A stretch of DNA of 64,000 nucleotides from Entomortierella parvispora E1425 (taxonomy: Eukaryota > Fungi > Mortierellomycota). The stretch covers positions 248,001 to 312,000 of the forward strand of contig BQFW01000004.1 in assembly GCA_020891255.1 (NCBI GenBank). Reading direction: 5' to 3'. Positions 58,822 through 64,000 of the stretch are shown piece after piece. The position numbers and the translations under genes were made by a program. Each line of letters begins with the position of its first letter. Position 1 is the first letter of the stretch. The notes beneath the pieces are model-generated. The model was not told the origin of the DNA. It did no database searches and worked only from the letters and a program-made list of their open reading frames with translations.

Positions 58822-60110
58822 TTAGTACGAAAGAGGAGCGATGCCAATGGAGGGAGAGTCGGTCTGGGAGAAGACACAGTAGTTGTTCTTGATGAAGACA
58901 TCACCCAAGATCCAGAGATCCTGGCCTCCCTGGACACCGGAGAAGCAGTTGCCGGAACCGTCACCGAGGTCCTCGTAGGCGAGATCGGCCAAGGGGACGT
59001 TGAAGGCGGTGCCGGCGAGGGTGAACGAGATGTTGTCAGTGCTCTGTTGGAGCGAGCAAGGCACAACCCAGCCGTTGTTGGGGTCGTTGGAGGCACCCTG
59101 GATGGTGCCGTGGATGGCCTGAGCGGCGGCATCGCTGACGATGATCAAGGTCGTACCAGTGTCAACAATACCCTGGGAGGACTGTCCCAAATCCTGACCA
59201 CCAGCCGAGACGCCATCAATAGCAATCTGCCAGTAGCCTTGCTGGGAGACGGGGACATAGGTCAAGTCACCAGTGTACAAGGAAGAGTCGATGCCTCCAA
59301 AGAGGTACTCGCCTCCAGTTCCACCGTTGCGGCGGACCGAGGGCAAAAAGACCGAGACCACGGGCTGGTCCAGGACACCGGCAGCAATGGCGTTGTCCAT
59401 GAAGGTCTTGACACCCGAGACAGACTCGATCGTGTCAAAAGCCAAACCAAAGAGACCATCCGAGGGACTGGAGCCGAACTGGGAGGACTCGTCAGTGGCC
59501 AAACCAATGGTCTGGGTAACAGAGACACCTCCGACGCTGACAACATCAATTCCCAAGGTGCCAGAGGCAGTGGATCCATCGCCGTAACCAATGTTCCAGG
59601 AGCGACCATCCTGTTGGAAGGTCGAGGACTGGCTTGGGTTGAACTGGGTGTGGGCCTGGCAAGCCGAGGTGGTGCAGTCCGAAGAGGGGAACCAGATATC
59701 CGAGGAACCCTGGATTTTTTAATAAAAAAAACGCGAGATCAAAGAAAATGTTAGACAAAAATGTCGATCCTTCCTCAATCCTTTTTTTGATAGAATGTCA
59801 ATCTTACGGTGTCAAAGTCAAGCTTGACATCCTGGGCGGGAGTTCCGATCGAGACAGTTCCGTAGTATTCGAGATCGGTGGGGGCATCGGTCAATGGGAC
59901 AGTGCCAGAGGCCAAGATGTTGATGCCAGGGTAACGCTTGTTAAGCTTGGCCATCTGAGCCTTGGTGTTGTGCTTGAAGTGGGGGTTGCGGGTCAAGGGC
60001 ACGGCATGGCCATTGCGGACGTTCTGGTGGTTGGGGCGACGAGCAATGGGCGATGCATCAGCAAAGACCATAAGGGCCGCGGCGAGGGAGACCAAAGCGG
60101 TAATCTTCAT
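58822..60110 (-). CDS. Secreted A1 aspartic protease (rhizopuspepsin-like), copy 1 (exons 60110-59808, 59709-58822)
   Basis: Signal and propeptide, EYYGTVSIGTP, catalytic DFDT|GSSDIW and IVDTGTT, SDGLFGLAF, WILGDVFIKNNY. Confidence 0.95.
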
Positions 60111-60205
60111 CTTGTGTTGGAGAAGGTAGACTGTGGATTGGAGAGAGGAGAGGAGAAGCTTGGATGAGGGACAAAGAAGAAAGAAGGACATGAGAAGAAC
60201 TGTCC

Positions 60206-60212
60206 TTTTATA
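60206..60212 (-). promoter_or_regulatory. Putative TATA box of aspartic protease copy 1
   Basis: TATAAAA about 100 bp upstream of the ATG; the same element lies at the same distance in copy 2. Confidence 0.55.
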
Positions 60213-62220
60213 TGAAATTTCGACCAAGGAACCGAGGGATGGGGCAAGAATTGACCAGGTCTAGTGTAGGAAATCCAGGACCTGCATTGTTGGGCTAGCC
60301 AGATTTGTATTTGTTTGTTGTTGTCAGGAGTGTCGACTACATCGTTTGGATCCTGTTGGAAAAGGATCTCCCTCTCAAAATTGATTGCTGCAATCATTTA
60401 CGAGGAGAGCAATACTCGTTGCAAAGGAGACATGAAGTCAACAATGGGTTGCCTCCATTGCGAATCGAGATTTGTGTCCAGGGGTCTCTCTTAATGCCAA
60501 TAATGACATGCACACTCTCTCTATTCAACGGCAGTGTTTGGTTTAGCCGCCCTCCCTGTTGTCGATGACAATACAGGCTCATGCCATCTCTCCATTTATT
60601 GTGGCTCGCTGGAGACTAGCAAACGCGGCAGGGTGTCAAGGCTCAGGTCACTCAACGCGCACATCAACCAATGACATTCCCCTGGATTGTTGATCCATAC
60701 CGTCCGCCGCTTGGGAAAGTGGTTTGCACTTTGCCGGCAAAGCAAACATTGCATGGCTTGTTGACCAAACTCAGTGGCGAGAATCCCATTGCTCTCAGGA
60801 ACAAATTGCTTTTTTTTTTTTGTTGTTGTTTTTCTCGGTCATTTGGTCCCTTGCAGGAAACCGACTGTCCAACTGCCCATCGTTGTTGCTGATTCGTTTG
60901 ATTTTGTTTTGTACAGACACAGGACTGAATAAGGGAGATTCGGGCCACAGGGACTAGCGCTGTCCATACCGAGCTACGATTGAGAGCCCTCCGAGGGAAA
61001 AGGTCCCTGAGCTCTGACAAACTGATGCAGGTTCAATTCGCGTGTGCTCTTTCTCTTGGGCTTTGCCGAACCCCGTCCATTTTTTTGGTTGTCTTGGTCA
61101 TCGTCCCAAGGGTCCAGCCAACGCCAACAGTTTAACCGGGCAGGACCCGCTAGCCATTGTCGTTTATCCCACGAAACAAAATATTGCCTCTCCCTTTCAT
61201 CTTGTGTAGGGTCCTTGTGGTCAATTGCACCTGCACTCTTGATTGGCTCAATCGACATGCCGCATCAGGTGCCTTGAGAAATCGTTAGATCCGTTCCTGC
61301 ATTAGCTTGTCTTTCGATGTTCGTACCCACGCCACGCGCTCTTTCTCTCCTCCTCTCGCGCCAGAGACAGGAATGCGACTCTTCTAACCGTCGAGTTCGG
61401 TTTAAACGCCCCAACCGTCACCTCCAAACGAGTCATCCAAAACAGAGTTCGATTGACCATGGTGGTTGGGCCTTTGTTGATGTCTGGATTCTCTTTTCTT
61501 ATAATCGCTCATGGGAAAACGCTCCACCAATACCCCTCCCTCCAAACTACTCTTTGGTTGGCTACAATGCAGTAAAGGAGCGGTTCTCACGCACAACCTT
61601 AGACCGATCTCACGTTCTCTCATGATTAAGCCCGCCGCTCAACGTGTTTACAGAGGAATCTATTTTTTTTTCTTGTTGAATGAGCCCTGGGAATGATTAT
61701 CGTGTGATCCTGTGCGACTCAGTCATCCATTATTGCTCGGCATGTCCAGAAAAGTAGACTCAGGATCGCATCATTCATCGTAATCTTGGAAAGCGAACCG
61801 CGCCTCCCTTTACTCCACCAGGCAACTGTAATCAACGCGCTCACAGCGGACAAGCAAGGGAAGAAATCCGGCGTAGAAGTCGCACAAAGGAGGGGGTTGG
61901 AAAGGTGGATGACAAACGTGCCTTGCTGGAGTTGGTTTGCATCTTCACCCGAAGAGGAAGTAAACAGCCATGTGCCCCTCCCCCCCCCCTGTGCTCAATG
62001 AGTCTTCTTCATATCATTCTCTTTATTCAATTCTTTCATTTGTTTTTTGTCATATACAAAGGAAGTCGACGCCCAGCATCCACTTCTTTTAAGACACCTC
62101 ATTTTTTTTTCTTGGTCATACAAGGAGACCCCTTTCCATCCTGTGGGAAGGGGGGAAGAGCATTGATTAACTTGACTTTTTTTGGGTGAGGAAACCAAAG
62201 AGGGGAGCCACTCTCACATC

Positions 62221-63567
62221 TTAGTACTTGAGAGGAGCGATTCCGATGGAAGGAGAGTCGGTCTGGGAGAAGACACAGTAGTTGTTCTTGATGAAGACAT
62301 CACCCAAGATCCAGAGATCCTGACCTCCCTGGACACCTGAGACACAGTTACCGGAACCATCACCGAGGTCCTCGTAGGCGAGATCGGCCAAGGGGACGTT
62401 GAAGTCGGTGCCTCCAAGCTTGAAGGAAATGTTGTCGGTGCTGTTCTTGAGAGTGCAAGGGACGAGCCATCCGTTGTTGGGGTCGTTGGTGGAGCCCTGG
62501 ATGGTGGCGTGGATGGCCTTGGCAGCGGCATCGCTGACGATGACCAAGGTCGTACCAGTGTCAACAATACCCTGGGAGGACTCTCCCAAGTCCTTGCCGC
62601 CAGCAGTGACGCCATCAATGGCGATCTGCCAGTAACCGGGCTGGGAGACGGGGACGTAGGTCAAGTCACCAGTGTACTTGGAGGTATCAATGTCACCAAA
62701 GAGGTACTCGCCTCCAGTTCCACCGTTGCGGCGGACTGAGGGCAAGAAGACTGAGACCACGGGCTTGGTGAGGACGCCAGCAGCGATGGCGTTGTCCATG
62801 AAGGTCTTGACACCAGAGACAGACTCGATCGAGTCAAAGGCCAAACCAAAGAGACCGTCCGAGGGGCCAGAGCCGAACTGGGAGGACTCGTCAGTGGCCA
62901 AACCAATGGTCTGCTGGACAGAGACGCCTCCGACGCTCACAACATCGGATCCCAAGATACCGGAGGCAGTCGATCCATCACCGTAGGAGATGTTCCAGGA
63001 GCGACCGTCCTTCTTGAAGGTCGAGGACTTGCTCGAGTCGAATTGGGTGTGCTTCTTGCAGGCATCGGTGGTGCAGTCAGAGGAGGGGAACCAGATGTCG
63101 GAAGAGCCCTGTTAAAAAGAAAAAAGAGAAAAAAAAAAATAGTTCGATGAGTGATTCAGATCGGGGGGAGCGTGCACCGATCGACGGGGACATTGGACAA
63201 ATTTCATTTCCGGGGCAATGAAGGATTGAAACAAGGGGATCATTACAGTGTCAAAGTCCAACTTGACATCCTGGGCGGGAGTTCCGATCGAGACAGTTCC
63301 GTAGTACTCGAGATCGGTGGGGGCATCTGTCAATGGGACAGAGCCAGAGCCAGAGGCCAAGATGTTGATACCAGGGTAGCGCTTGTTAAGCTTGGCCATC
63401 TGAGCCTTGGTGTTGTGCTTGAAGTGGGGGTTGCGAGTCAAGGGGATTGAGTGACCCTTGTGGGCAACAGAGTGACCGACACCGCCGTGGGGGCGACGGT
63501 TGATGGGCGAGGCATCGGTGATGGCCAAGACAGCTGCGGCCAAGGAAACGAGGGCTGTGATCTTCAT
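62221..63567 (-). CDS. Secreted A1 aspartic protease (rhizopuspepsin-like), copy 2 (exons 63567-63247, 63108-62221)
   Basis: Same motifs and intron position as copy 1; the mature domain is nearly identical. Confidence 0.95.
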
Positions 63568-63662
63568 GATGGAAGAGAGGTGGTTGTTGTTGAGAGGGAG
63601 GATGAGGTGGAGAGGAGGAGGAGGAGGATGATGGAGAAAAAAAAGGGTGCAGATGTGCTTGC

Positions 63663-63669
63663 TTTTATA
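63663..63669 (-). promoter_or_regulatory. Putative TATA box of aspartic protease copy 2
   Basis: TATAAAA about 100 bp upstream of the ATG at 63567. Confidence 0.55.
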
Positions 63670-64000
63670 GTGGTGAGAACGTGGTTGCCGTTGACAACTC
63701 CAGGGTTTGAGTGAATATTTCATCGTTGAAGCGCACCAAGGGTGATCTAGTGCGGGAACGAGGGAAAGGTGAGTTGGAGATAGAGTCATCTTCCCCTAGT
63801 TCGCAATTGCCCAAGCCTAATGCAATGAGGGGCGACCATTGGTGCCAGGCTATTTCTCTCTATCACTCTCTCTATGACTCTTTCTGCCCTTCGCCCTTGT
63901 CTACAGTCCGTCTTCTCTCAGGGGTGGATATGTCGAGAAAGTACATGTGGACACCATCGTCAATTACTATTACCATAGTCAGCCCTGGGGCTGAGAGCAG

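Noticed and set aside
1-64000. tRNA, rRNA or telomeric repeats
   Set aside because: None recognised by eye; tRNAscan-SE or Infernal would be needed to exclude small RNAs.

Overview
Eukaryotic, intron-containing fungal DNA, most likely Mortierellaceae (inferred from the T-box gene, the expanded F-box/LRR family, rhizopuspepsin-type proteases, short GT-AG introns and CT/GA-rich flanks). About 19 loci were reconstructed by hand. In order: a DUF1647-like type II membrane protein; a pseudogenised and an intact secreted alpha-carbonic anhydrase; a Brachyury-like T-box transcription factor; an arrestin-N protein; two tandem peroxisomal long-chain acyl-CoA synthetases; an integrase-type H2C2 zinc-finger protein; a catalytically degenerate eIF4A-derived pseudo-helicase; an unknown protein; three F-box/LRR genes (two disrupted); a canonical eIF4A; a secreted TNT-family NADase; an uncertain low-complexity gene; an intronless bacterial-like transglutaminase; a Vrl1/VARP-like VPS9-ankyrin-PX protein; and two tandem aspartic proteases. 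Non-coding highlights are a 53-bp Tc1/mariner-type palindromic MITE flanked by TA and a 10-bp-phased repeat array upstream of the T-box gene. The strongest candidates for new biology are the eIF4A pseudo-helicase 4 kb from a canonical eIF4A and the secreted TNT NADase in the same 27-39 kb block. All family assignments come from motif recognition; no searches were run.
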